Shown piece after piece: positions 26,154 through 35,004 of a stretch of DNA of 64,000 nt. The position numbers and the translations under genes are program-made. Below the pieces are notes generated by a model. The model was not told where the DNA came from. It did no database searches and saw only the letters and a list, made by a program, of their open reading frames with translations. The first letter of the stretch is position 1; each line of letters opens with the position of its first letter. The DNA is from Phaeobacter sp. (GTDB lineage Bacteria > Pseudomonadota > Alphaproteobacteria > Rhodobacterales > Rhodobacteraceae), in contig NZ_JAJDWC010000066.1 of NCBI RefSeq assembly GCF_022825805.1, positions 4,077-68,076 of the forward strand. The letters run 5' to 3'.

Positions 26154-26953
26154 CACAGCACCTCAAGCGGTTGAAACACAGGCCCCTGTGCGGTCTGTTG
26201 GTGCCAGACCGAAATGCCAAAGGCCTGCGCCATTAAATCAGGCGTCAACACCGTATCAGGCGGCCCATCGGCCAGCACGCCATGGTCCCCCATCAGGATC
26301 AACCGGGTGCAATGGCGCGCAGCCAGCCCCAGATCATGCAGCGACACAAAGGCAGATCGCCCCTCCTGCGCCAGCCGGGCAAAGATCTCCATCGTGGCGA
26401 TTTGATGCGCCGGATCCAGCCCTGCGGCCGGTTCATCCGCCATCAGCAGCGGGGTGTCTTGCGCCAGTGCCCGCGCGATCAGCACGCGCGCCTGCTCGCC
26501 ACCAGACAGGCGCGAGGCAGCCCGGTGGCGCATCGGCTGCAGCCCCATCTGGTCGATGGCTTGGTCCACCTTCGCCTGATCCTGCGGTGTCAGACGCGCG
26601 CCTTGCGGCAGATGCGGCAATCGGCCCAGGGCGACAAGCCGCTCAACCGCGATGGGCCAGGCGATTTCGCGCGCCTGCGGCATCCAGGCCACCGCGTGGG
26701 CCCGGTCGGCGGCTGTCAGCGCGGCAAGCGAGCTGTTACCTTTGGCAGCGATCAGCCCCAGCGCGGCCCGCATCAGGGTGGTTTTGCCCGCCCCATTGGG
26801 GCCCAAGAGCCCGACAAATTCACCGGGCTGGATGTCAAACGAGACATCGCGGAACACATCGCGTCCGCGCAGGCTGACAGAGAGGTTCTGGATCGACAGG
26901 TTTTCAGCTGGTGGGGTGTGTGCAGGCTGCTCTGATGGTGATGTCGCGCTCAT
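26153..26953 (-). CDS. btuD: ABC transporter ATP-binding protein (FecE/BtuD type)
   Basis: Walker A GPNGAGKTT, signature LSGGEQ, Walker B LLMADEP. In an operon with a FecCD permease and a PF01497-like binding protein, downstream of a B12 riboswitch. Confidence 0.8.
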   Translation of the reverse strand: MSATSPSEQPAHTPPAENLSIQNLSVSLRGRDVFRDVSFDIQPGEFVGLLGPNGAGKTTLMRAALGLIAAKGNSSLAALTAADRAHAVAWMPQAREIAWPIAVERLVALGRLPHLPQGARLTPQDQAKVDQAIDQMGLQPMRHRAASRLSGGEQARVLIARALAQDTPLLMADEPAAGLDPAHQIATMEIFARLAQEGRSAFVSLHDLGLAARHCTRLILMGDHGVLADGPPDTVLTPDLMAQAFGISVWHQQTAQGPVFQPLEVL

Positions 26954-27933
26954 ACCTGGCCCCTCCGGGTTTTGTAGATCAGATGCAAAAACAGCGGCGC
27001 CCCCACCAATGCGGTCACCACACCCAGCTTCAGATCACGATCGGGCAAGATCAGCCGCACCGCAAGATCCGCCAGCTGCAACATCACCGCACCGCCAAGC
27101 GCCGAGGCCCAGAGAAGCCGGGACGGCTGGCCGCCCACAAACGGGCGCAGGATATGGGGCACGACCAAGCCGATGAACCCGATTGCACCGGCCACTGCGG
27201 TTGCGCCGCCAACAATGCTGGCGGTGCCCAGCACCAACAGCAGCCGCAGTCTGGACAGGTTGATCCCCATGGTCTGCGCTGCGTCTTCTCCCAATGTCAG
27301 GGCGTCCAGCCCACGGCCCAGCCGCAGCAGGATCACCGCCCCCCCGCCGACAAAGGGCAGCGCAATCGCCAGATGCACCAAAGAGCGATCCGCCAGGGAC
27401 CCCATCATCCAGAACACAATCTCGCTGGCGGCAAACGGGTTCGGAGAAAGGTTCAAAACCAGCGAGGTCAGCGCGCTGGCCATGGCTGAAATCGCGATGC
27501 CCGCAAGGATCAAGGTCAGCGATCCGCCCTGCGGACCGGCCAGCAACAACACCAAAAACACGGCGACGAGCGCGCCGGCCAGCGCCGCCAGGGGCAGGCC
27601 AAACAGCATCGCAGCGGCCAATCCGGTGTTCAGCGCCACAACCGCGCCCAATGCCGCGGCCGCCGATACGCCAATCAGCCCCGGTTCCGCCAATGGATTG
27701 CGTAGATACCCCTGCAGCGCGGCACCGGCCAGTCCGAGGCCCGCGCCAATCACCGCCGCCAGAAGCGCGCGGGGCAGGCGGATTTCCCGCATCACCAGCG
27801 TCAGCGGTCCATAGCTGTCATCCACCAGGGCAGCAAAACTGTCGCGCCAGTTCACCTCTGCGGGCCCGACGCCCAGCGACAGGCCAAAAAGCACCACCAC
27901 ACAGGTGGTCAGCATCGCCATCAGCCGTGTCAC
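26950..27933 (-). CDS. btuC: FecCD-family ABC permease (BtuC-like)
   Basis: 327 aa polytopic protein with the typical FecCD sequence LPRALLAAVIGAGLGLAGAALQ. 4-bp overlaps on both sides. Confidence 0.8.
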   Translation of the reverse strand: MTRLMAMLTTCVVVLFGLSLGVGPAEVNWRDSFAALVDDSYGPLTLVMREIRLPRALLAAVIGAGLGLAGAALQGYLRNPLAEPGLIGVSAAAALGAVVALNTGLAAAMLFGLPLAALAGALVAVFLVLLLAGPQGGSLTLILAGIAISAMASALTSLVLNLSPNPFAASEIVFWMMGSLADRSLVHLAIALPFVGGGAVILLRLGRGLDALTLGEDAAQTMGINLSRLRLLLVLGTASIVGGATAVAGAIGFIGLVVPHILRPFVGGQPSRLLWASALGGAVMLQLADLAVRLILPDRDLKLGVVTALVGAPLFLHLIYKTRRGQV

Positions 27934-28820
27934 TGTGCCCTGTCCCTTTTGGTGAAATGGCGCCGTTCAACCGCCAATCTGTCTATGGCACGCAGGACAT
28001 GTGGCGTGCCACAGACCCAATCGGCTTGTCTTATCTGACCCGTGGTCTGCGGCGTTGACAAGTGGCGCAGCACCGGATGGGTCAGGTTTTCTTCGCTGCG
28101 GGCGGGACTGTCGTGGGGCGTGTTGGCCACCAACATGTCCGGCTTTGCCATCACCAGCTGTTCCAGTGGCAGGCGGGCAGGGCCGGTATAACCCAGTTCA
28201 CTCGCAATATTGGCAAAGCCCGCAGCCTCCAGAATTTGGCCCGCCAAGGTCTGCGGCCCGGAGGTGTAGGTGTTCGCATCATAAAGCGCCGCACGCGGGC
28301 GCCCTGCGTCGGCGTCGGTGCCTGTCCTGCCAGACGCATCGCCTGTGTTTGCTCCCGCTGCATTCACTTGGTCGAACGCCGCTAGCTGCTGTTCAAACTC
28401 CGCCACCAGCTCCTCGGCGGCGTCACGACGGTTCAGCGCCGCCCCCATTTGCAGCAGCCGGGCCGCCACATCCTGGAGCGAGGTCGCTGGGTCAAACACT
28501 GCCACCGGCACCCCAAGCCGTCGCAACATGGCGGTGGTGGCGGGCGCCGAAAACGTGCCGGTGACCACCAGATCTGGCTGCAGCAGATAAATCTCCTCTG
28601 CCAGACCGTGGTTGATCGGATAGCCCTGCGCGACATCGGCCATGGCCGAGGCGTCGGGATCGCGGGCGATGTAGGACACCGACACCAGTTGCCCGGGCTT
28701 GGCGAGCATCATCGCCAGCTGATCGGTGCAGAGGTTCATCGATACCACACGAACGGGATCCGCCATCACTGTGGACATCGTCCATAGCCATGTCAGCGCA
28801 ATGAGGATCCCGCCACGCAT
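27930..28820 (-). CDS. btuF: periplasmic corrinoid/iron-complex binding protein (BtuF-like)
   Basis: 296 aa with a signal peptide and RVVSMNLCTDQL...PDLVV, characteristic of class III periplasmic binding proteins. Confidence 0.7.
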   Translation of the reverse strand: MRGGILIALTWLWTMSTVMADPVRVVSMNLCTDQLAMMLAKPGQLVSVSYIARDPDASAMADVAQGYPINHGLAEEIYLLQPDLVVTGTFSAPATTAMLRRLGVPVAVFDPATSLQDVAARLLQMGAALNRRDAAEELVAEFEQQLAAFDQVNAAGANTGDASGRTGTDADAGRPRAALYDANTYTSGPQTLAGQILEAAGFANIASELGYTGPARLPLEQLVMAKPDMLVANTPHDSPARSEENLTHPVLRHLSTPQTTGQIRQADWVCGTPHVLRAIDRLAVERRHFTKRDRAQ

Positions 28821-28823
28821 GAT

Positions 28824-30743
28824 TTAGAACGCCGCCCGCAGCCCGACGAAGGCCGCGCGCCCCCGTCCGGCATAGCCCCAGACGTCGGATTGGTCCTCGT
28901 CAAACAGATTGGTGATGCGCCCTGTCAGCGTCAGCCCGTCACGCAGCTCATAGTCCGCAGACAGGTCCACCGTGGTGTAGTCCGGCAGCTCTGCGGTGGC
29001 GAAACTGCCGAAGAACTGAGTGTCGAATGTGCCAGCCACATGATGGATGTTTGCGGTCAGCCCGCCACGGTTGTCTTCGGTCCGCCAGGTCGCGCCGAGC
29101 AACAGCTCGTGCCGGGGGCGGCGGGTTTTGACAGTGCCATTAGGATTGGCCGCATCCAGATAGGTATAGGTCAGACCCAGATCGAGCTGGTCGGTGGCTT
29201 CCAGATTGGCGGCCAGTTCGACGCCGGTGCGACGGCTGTCGCCGGCTTGGTTGCGATAGGAGAACACGCTGGCGCCGGTGGTGGGATCGCTGCTCTGCAG
29301 GAAGGCTTCGATCTCGCCGGTCAGTGTTTCATCGAAATAGGTCACATCGATCAGACCGCGCCCCTGCAGAAACGGCAGGGTCACCCCAATGTCAAAGCTG
29401 CGGTTTTCCTCCGGCTGCAACGCGGCGTTGCCGACATAGGTGGCGCTGCCGAAGGTGTCATTGGCAAACAGCTCGAAATAGGACGGGTTCACGATGCCGG
29501 TGCCCGCCGAGGCATGCAGGCGAATGCCGCTGCCTGCAAACAGATAAGAGGCGCTGGCCGTCCAGCTGGTGGCATTTTCAAAGGCGCTGTTGTTGTCGCG
29601 GCGCGCGCCCAGCTGCACATCCAGACCATTGGCAAAGCGGCCGCGATATTCCAGCGCAAGCGAGGTGGTGCTGCGGCGGTAGGCCGGATTGGCGCTGCTG
29701 CTGTCGTCTTCCCACTCCAGCATGGCGTTCACCAAATGGTTGGCCTCCGCGGCGCGCTCGCCGTTCAGGCCAAAGCTCAGCAGGTATTTGGCTGCATCGG
29801 TCTGGGTTTCGGTGGGCGCAAAGCCGTTGAAGGAGAAATCATAATCCGTGCGTTCAAACGACAGGCGATGCGACAGCCGCCCATTGAGGCTGGTCAATTC
29901 ACCCCAGATCTGCACCAGCTGTTCGTCGCGATCGCTGAATTGGCTCGGATCATCAACCACATAGCCTGTTGGCAGGCTGGCGGCGCCATTGGTGCGGTCG
30001 GTGTCGAAATATTCATCCGAGGCGCGCAGGTTGACCCCGACCTTAGAATCGGGCGTGAGCTGGTAGTCGCCTTTCAGCTGCACGGTGTTGCGGCGAATGC
30101 GGTCGTCTTCGCCGCCATCGCCGGAGGCATCAAAACCGCCGTCGTTGTCATGCGCAAGGCTGAGCGTCAGCCCGCCTTTTTCCGAGCGGCTGGAGACAAT
30201 GGCAGAGGCGCGATGGCCGTCGCTGCCCACTTCGACACTGGTTTCATAGCTGGTGCCAAGCCCGCCGGTTTTGGTGATGATATTGATGACCCCGGCAGAG
30301 GCATTGGAGCCATAGAACACGGATTGCGGCCCGCGCAGAACCTCAATCCGGTCGATGGTGGCTGTGTCGAGACCGGACAGGATGTATTCGCTGTCGCCCC
30401 CGGCGATTTCGACCCCATCGATCAGGATCAACGTGTGGTTGGCTTCGCCGCCACGGATGCGCACCTGCGTGCCACTGCCACCTGCGCTGCTGACAGAGAG
30501 GCCAGGCACCGCGCGCAACGCGTCCTGCACAGAGGTGATGCCACGGTCGGTGATCTCCTGGCCGGTGATGACAGAGGCCGCGCGGCCATAGCTGTCTTCT
30601 GCAATAGGAGTCAGCCCGCCCGAAATGATGATCGGTTTCAGGACGAAAGTTTTGATATCATCGGTGGTGTCCGCCGCCGATCCGAGTGCGGGTGCCGCGG
30701 CCATAGCTGCGGCGAGAGACAAGTTGACCTTGCGCATGTTCAT
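28824..30743 (-). CDS. btuB: TonB-dependent outer membrane receptor (BtuB-like)
   Basis: Signal peptide MNMRKVNLSLAAAMAAAPALGSAA and plug motifs (ITGQEITDRGITSVQDALRAVPGLSV, IEVLRGPQSVFYGSNA). The C-terminus ends in F (LRAAF). A cobalamin riboswitch lies immediately upstream. Confidence 0.85.
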   Translation of the reverse strand: MNMRKVNLSLAAAMAAAPALGSAADTTDDIKTFVLKPIIISGGLTPIAEDSYGRAASVITGQEITDRGITSVQDALRAVPGLSVSSAGGSGTQVRIRGGEANHTLILIDGVEIAGGDSEYILSGLDTATIDRIEVLRGPQSVFYGSNASAGVINIITKTGGLGTSYETSVEVGSDGHRASAIVSSRSEKGGLTLSLAHDNDGGFDASGDGGEDDRIRRNTVQLKGDYQLTPDSKVGVNLRASDEYFDTDRTNGAASLPTGYVVDDPSQFSDRDEQLVQIWGELTSLNGRLSHRLSFERTDYDFSFNGFAPTETQTDAAKYLLSFGLNGERAAEANHLVNAMLEWEDDSSSANPAYRRSTTSLALEYRGRFANGLDVQLGARRDNNSAFENATSWTASASYLFAGSGIRLHASAGTGIVNPSYFELFANDTFGSATYVGNAALQPEENRSFDIGVTLPFLQGRGLIDVTYFDETLTGEIEAFLQSSDPTTGASVFSYRNQAGDSRRTGVELAANLEATDQLDLGLTYTYLDAANPNGTVKTRRPRHELLLGATWRTEDNRGGLTANIHHVAGTFDTQFFGSFATAELPDYTTVDLSADYELRDGLTLTGRITNLFDEDQSDVWGYAGRGRAAFVGLRAAF

Positions 30744-30914
30744 TCCCCTGATTTCATTCTCAGACCACTCACGCCTGTGGCGCAAGCCATCTTGCGACCG
30801 GATCTGGCCGCGATACTGCAATAGGGTCCTTGGAACGCGTCGGTCCCGCAGACGGTGAAACTGTCACCACCACGGAAGACCGTTGTCGCCAGCGCGCCCC
30901 GCGCCCGAACAGGG

Positions 30915-31110
30915 TGAACATCCTGGCAGGTCTCCTGACTCGCGGGTCGAAGCTCAGCCGCACCTTCCCACCCATGGGGGCACCCATCGGGCTGACCCAT
31001 CGGGCAGTGGTATATCGCCGCCTTGCTCTCCGCTCACAGTTGCGGGGGCAGTCACGGGTTTGGCGCCTGTTTGCAGCACCGCACCGTGTTCCCTTTTACC
31101 CGAATGGTTT
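30915..31110 (-). promoter_or_regulatory. cobalamin (B12) riboswitch upstream of btuB
   Basis: The minus strand reads GGTAAAAGGGAACACGGTG...GTGACTGCCCCCGCAACTGTGAGCGGAGAGC...CCACTG...GGGAAGG...AGTCAGGAGACCTGCC (B12 box at about 30923-30945). Boundaries are approximate. Confidence 0.9.
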
Positions 31111-31351
31111 CCCACCCGGACCAGAATGTCTGGCAAATAGCCAAAGTCAAAAACACCTGTCAAGCGCGCCCGAACCGGAGCGGAAATATTTTGGCAATTC
31201 AAACGGAAGGCCGCAATCAAACGTAATTATAACAGTATCTTACACGTCGTTATTCAGGCGGAAATCTATGCGCAAAACACCGGTTTTACACGGCTATTGC
31301 CAATAGCGATGTCGCTTTGTCCACAATTGGATGGGCCATTTGCGACATGGC

Positions 31352-32359
31352 TCAGTGGCGCTTCTCACTCAGCAGCAGCGCAAAGACAAAAACCGCCCCC
31401 AAAGAGGTGGTCACGATGCCCACTGGCAGCTCTTGTGGGGCCAGCAGCAAACGCGCCGCCAGATCCGAGGCGGTCAGCAAGATCGCCCCAACCAGCGCGG
31501 CGGAGGGCAGCAGATGGCCATGCAACGGCCTCACGATGCCACGGGCCAGATGCGGCACCATCAGGCCGACAAAGCCGATGACCCCAGCCACGGACACAAA
31601 GGCTGCGGTTGCCAAGGCGGAGATCACAAAAGTTGCGATCCGCAGCCGGTGGACCGGCACGCCAAGGCTCTGGGCGGTGCGGTCCCCGGCCAGCAGCGCA
31701 TCGAACCACCGTTGCCGCCAGAGCGCAAAGACAAAGATCAGCATCAGCCCCACCAGCACGAGGGGCAGGGTCTCCCAGCGCGCCAGGCCCAGCCCGCCCA
31801 ACATCCAGAACACCACCGAATGCGCGGCGCGGTTGTCGCCTGAGAAGATCAGATAATTGGTGATCGCCGCAAACAGGAAAGACACGGCCAAGCCCGATAG
31901 GATCAGCTTTTCAGGGGCGCTGGTGCGCAGCCGCTGCACCAGCAACAGCACCACGCCCGAGGCAATCATGCCGCCCACAAATGCGGCCATCGGCAGGGTC
32001 CAGAACCCCAGCACATCGCCGGTCACCGTGATCACAAACACCGCGCCCGCAGCAGCGCCAGAGGAGAGGCCAAACAGGAAGGGATCCGCCAGATCGTTGC
32101 GGGTGGTGGTTTGCAGCACCACACCAACCAGGCCCAGTCCCGCACCGATGATGGCCGAAAACAATGCCCGCGGCAGGCGCAGGTCAAAAATGATGCGATC
32201 CATCGGTGAGGGGTCCGCCACTTGGATCCCCATGCCGGTTGCGATGGCCGAAAAGACATCCGCAACGGGAATGGGGGTCGTCCCGTGCAAAACAGACAAC
32301 AGGAGAAGGGTGGCCAGAACGGCCACCCCCACTGTCATACGCAGACCAAATTGGCCCAT
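31352..32359 (-). CDS. FecCD-family ABC permease
   Basis: Polytopic protein with LPRALFSAIIGAGLGLVGVVLQ. The likely start is MGQFGLRMTV at 32359, one nt after the binding-protein stop. Confidence 0.85.
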   Translation of the reverse strand: MGQFGLRMTVGVAVLATLLLLSVLHGTTPIPVADVFSAIATGMGIQVADPSPMDRIIFDLRLPRALFSAIIGAGLGLVGVVLQTTTRNDLADPFLFGLSSGAAAGAVFVITVTGDVLGFWTLPMAAFVGGMIASGVVLLLVQRLRTSAPEKLILSGLAVSFLFAAITNYLIFSGDNRAAHSVVFWMLGGLGLARWETLPLVLVGLMLIFVFALWRQRWFDALLAGDRTAQSLGVPVHRLRIATFVISALATAAFVSVAGVIGFVGLMVPHLARGIVRPLHGHLLPSAALVGAILLTASDLAARLLLAPQELPVGIVTTSLGAVFVFALLLSEKRH

Positions 32360-32360
32360 C

Positions 32361-33305
32361 TCAGAACAGGCCCGGATGCATGGCTTCGGCCATTTTGGCG
32401 ATGGCATCGATGTTGGCTGGTCCTGGGGTCAGCTCTTCGTAGCGCAGGCCAATCCAGTTTTCGTTCTTCACCGCATCGACATGGGCCATGACGGGATGAT
32501 CCTTGAGGAACTGGAAGGTGTCTGCGGCGCTGTTGCCACCCTGATAGTCCAGCAGCACCAGGAATTCCGGGTTCGCGGCCGCCACGGTCTCCCAGGAGCT
32601 GCGGCCCCAGCTGGTGTCCATGTCATGGGTGATGTTGGTGCCGCCAGCGGCCGCAATCATCGCGTCGGGGATGGCAAATTTGCCCGAGGTGAAGGGCGCG
32701 TCAGCCGGACCATCCAGCAGGAACACGCGCGGTTTGTCGAGCGATGCGGTCTTTGCCTCGATGGCAGCAAGCTGGTCTTTCCAACCGGTGACAAGCGCCT
32801 CTGCCTTGTCCGAGACATCCATCACCTGGCCAAGCCGCAGAACATCGTCAAACAGCAGATCCATGCTAGCGACCGGGCGGTTGTCATGCTGGTGCACGCA
32901 GCTTTCGGTCAGGACCATGGTTTTGATGCCAAAGGGTTCCAGCGTGTCGGGGGTCACGTCACCGCCGGGCTTCATGCCATAGTACCACCCTGCAAAGAAC
33001 ATGTCGGGCGTTGCCGCCACCAGGTTTTCAACGGTGGGGTATTTTGGGGCCAGCTCGGGGATGTCACCGCGCAGCTCGTCAAAGTCGGGGCTGGTTTTGT
33101 ACCAGCCGGTGATGCCGGTGAGCCCGACGATCTTGTCTTGCAGACCAAGCGCAAAGGCCATGTCCGTCATATTCATGTCATGGACAACAATGCGTTCGGG
33201 TGTCGCGTCGAACACCAGTTGCTCGCCGCAGTTGTCGACCACGATTTCGGCAGATGCAGCGCTCGCAAGACCGAGCAGAGCCGCTGATGACCAGAGCAGT
33301 TTCAT
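32361..33305 (-). CDS. ABC substrate-binding protein (PF01497-like periplasmic binding protein)
   Basis: 314 aa with signal peptide MKLLWSSAALLGLASAASA. RIVVHDMNMTDMAFALGL...PDMFFAG matches the class III binding protein layout. Confidence 0.75.
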   Translation of the reverse strand: MKLLWSSAALLGLASAASAEIVVDNCGEQLVFDATPERIVVHDMNMTDMAFALGLQDKIVGLTGITGWYKTSPDFDELRGDIPELAPKYPTVENLVAATPDMFFAGWYYGMKPGGDVTPDTLEPFGIKTMVLTESCVHQHDNRPVASMDLLFDDVLRLGQVMDVSDKAEALVTGWKDQLAAIEAKTASLDKPRVFLLDGPADAPFTSGKFAIPDAMIAAAGGTNITHDMDTSWGRSSWETVAAANPEFLVLLDYQGGNSAADTFQFLKDHPVMAHVDAVKNENWIGLRYEELTPGPANIDAIAKMAEAMHPGLF

Positions 33306-33328
33306 AAAAGGATCTCCATTCAGGATAG

Positions 33329-34108
33329 TTAGGGGTGAATGTCGGTTTTTCGGATATCAAGCGCGGGGATCTGCCGCCCGTTGTGGGGCAAAAGCAGGTA
33401 ATCCACGCCAAATGTGTCGCGCACGGCCTCAGGCGTCAGCACCTCTTCGACGGGGCCAAAGGCGGTCAGCCGGGCCGATTTCACCAGTGCGACATGGGTG
33501 GCAAATTCCGGGATCATCACCAGATCATGCAGGATCGTGACCACCGTGATGCCGAGACCGGCAATCAGCGACAGCATCCGTCCCTTGGCGTCCGGATCCA
33601 GGTGGTTGGTGGGTTCATCCAGGAACAACAGCTGCGGGCGCTGTGCCAGCGCGCGGGCGATATGGGCGCGTTGCTGCTCACCGCCTGACAGCTGGCGCAT
33701 CGGCTTTGTCGCCAGATGGGACAGGCCGGTCAGCTCTAGCACCCGGTTCAAGGCGCTGTCATGGGTTTCCTGGCTGTGGTCCTGCCGGATCGGGATCTGG
33801 CCCAACACCACATAGTCGCGCAGCGACAGCCTGCCATCGGGATCGGATTGCTGCGATACCACCGCAATGCGGCGGGCGCGTTCCATCGCCGATAGGCTGC
33901 GCAGGCTGGTGCCGTCGATCTGTACATCCCCCAGCGCGATGTCCACCACGCCGGACAGCAGGTTCAGCAGCGTGGTCTTGCCCGCCCCATTGGGACCGGC
34001 AATGGCCAAAACCGCGCCCTGTGGCAGCTCAAAGCTGACATCACGCAAGAGCGGATCGCCATTCAGCGCATAGTATTCCAGTTGGCTTGCTTTCAGACCT
34101 GCTATCAC
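33329..34108 (-). CDS. ABC transporter ATP-binding protein
   Basis: Walker A GPNGAGKTT, signature LSGGEQQR, Walker B LLFLDEPT. Confidence 0.85.
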   Translation of the reverse strand: MIAGLKASQLEYYALNGDPLLRDVSFELPQGAVLAIAGPNGAGKTTLLNLLSGVVDIALGDVQIDGTSLRSLSAMERARRIAVVSQQSDPDGRLSLRDYVVLGQIPIRQDHSQETHDSALNRVLELTGLSHLATKPMRQLSGGEQQRAHIARALAQRPQLLFLDEPTNHLDPDAKGRMLSLIAGLGITVVTILHDLVMIPEFATHVALVKSARLTAFGPVEEVLTPEAVRDTFGVDYLLLPHNGRQIPALDIRKTDIHP

Positions 34109-34485
34109 ACCGCACCTTCCTCTTGGTTCACATAGCTGGATGCGCGGGGCAGGGCAGGCAGCCGAGCCAGTGCCTTGCCATCCAGAGCCGCCGGGCGTTC
34201 GCTGTTGCTGGTCCAGCCGCTGTCGCTGTCGGCATATTGATGCGAAAACGCGGCCAGAGCAGAAATCTCCTCGGCGCTGCCGATGCCCCCAAACAGATAG
34301 CTGGCCTTATCCGGTGCCTGCAGCGCGACGGCCGGCGGAAAATCACAGCCTGCCAAACAGTCGACGGCGCGAAACCGGGTGCCCGAAGCCACCTGTTGCG
34401 ACAGTGCGGATTTCAGCTGACGCGCAGCGCGGCTGCCATGGCAGCGACTACAGATCAAAAGGGTTTGTTCAACTGCACCAGCCAT
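34105..34485 (-). CDS. DUF1636-like small Cys-containing (metal-binding, thioredoxin/ferredoxin-like) protein
   Basis: MAGAVEQTLLICSRCHG...VDCLAGCDFPPAVAL. The CxxC plus CxxC-like pattern and size fit DUF1636 proteins seen in cobalamin loci. The start at 34485 follows AAGGA; it is the first gene after the second riboswitch. Confidence 0.55.
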   Translation of the reverse strand: MAGAVEQTLLICSRCHGSRAARQLKSALSQQVASGTRFRAVDCLAGCDFPPAVALQAPDKASYLFGGIGSAEEISALAAFSHQYADSDSGWTSNSERPAALDGKALARLPALPRASSYVNQEEGAV

Positions 34486-34602
34486 GAGGATCCTTGCTCG
34501 CATTCAAGCGCGGATCGAAGGTGCCTTTTGTCTCATTACACGAAACACGTGCCATAAAGCCTCCTTCCAAGGCGCCCCGCCTTGGGTTGGTTGACGTTTC
34601 GA

Positions 34603-34785
34603 TGGCAGGTCTCCTGACTCGCGGGTCCTTGCTTGGCTGGCCTTCCCGGGGTGTCCCAGTGGCGTGTTCAGCCGCGCTCTCCGCTCACAGTTGCGGGGGC
34701 AGTCACGGATTTGGCGCCTGTTGGCTACAACTCACCGTATTCCCTTTTCATCCCAGAGGCTCAAGCGCTCTTGGGAACCATCGCG
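34603..34785 (-). promoter_or_regulatory. cobalamin (B12) riboswitch upstream of the DUF1636-ABC operon
   Basis: The minus strand reads GATGAAAAGGGAATACGGTG...GTGACTGCCCCCGCAACTGTGAGCGGAGAGC...GCCACTGGG...GGGAAGGCC...AGTCAGGAGACCTGCC. It shares a 33-nt and a 25-nt identical block with the riboswitch at 30915-31110. Confidence 0.9.
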
Positions 34786-34923
34786 AGTTTGATCCACAAA
34801 TTTCCCGAGCCTGTCAATCCCAATCGCACGCCCGGCGGCTGCAACGCTGACCTTACGGCAGCCACCCGACGGCCCCCACGCGCGGGGCCTGCCCAATCGT
34901 TAGGCAAAAGGCGCGCGCAATAG

Positions 34924-34952
34924 AAAACGGGCGCCATGGGGGCGCCCGTTTT
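34924..34952. terminator. bidirectional intrinsic terminator downstream of dctM
   Basis: AAAA-CGGGCGCC-ATGGG-GGCGCCCG-TTTT: a perfect 8-bp GC stem flanked by A and T runs. Confidence 0.8.
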
Positions 34953-35004
34953 GTTCCAGATCGAAAAGCCATCGTCAAAGCGCGCCAGCATGGGGCGCGC
35001 GCCG

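Noticed and set aside
28890-30824. 644-aa plus-strand ORF
   Set aside because: It lies antisense to the TonB-dependent receptor, which has a signal peptide, plug motifs and a terminal Phe. The translation is low complexity (G/A/R/Q-rich).
31857-33287. 476-aa plus-strand ORF
   Set aside because: It lies antisense to the FecCD permease and the binding-protein genes, which have proper signal and TM features and operon junctions.
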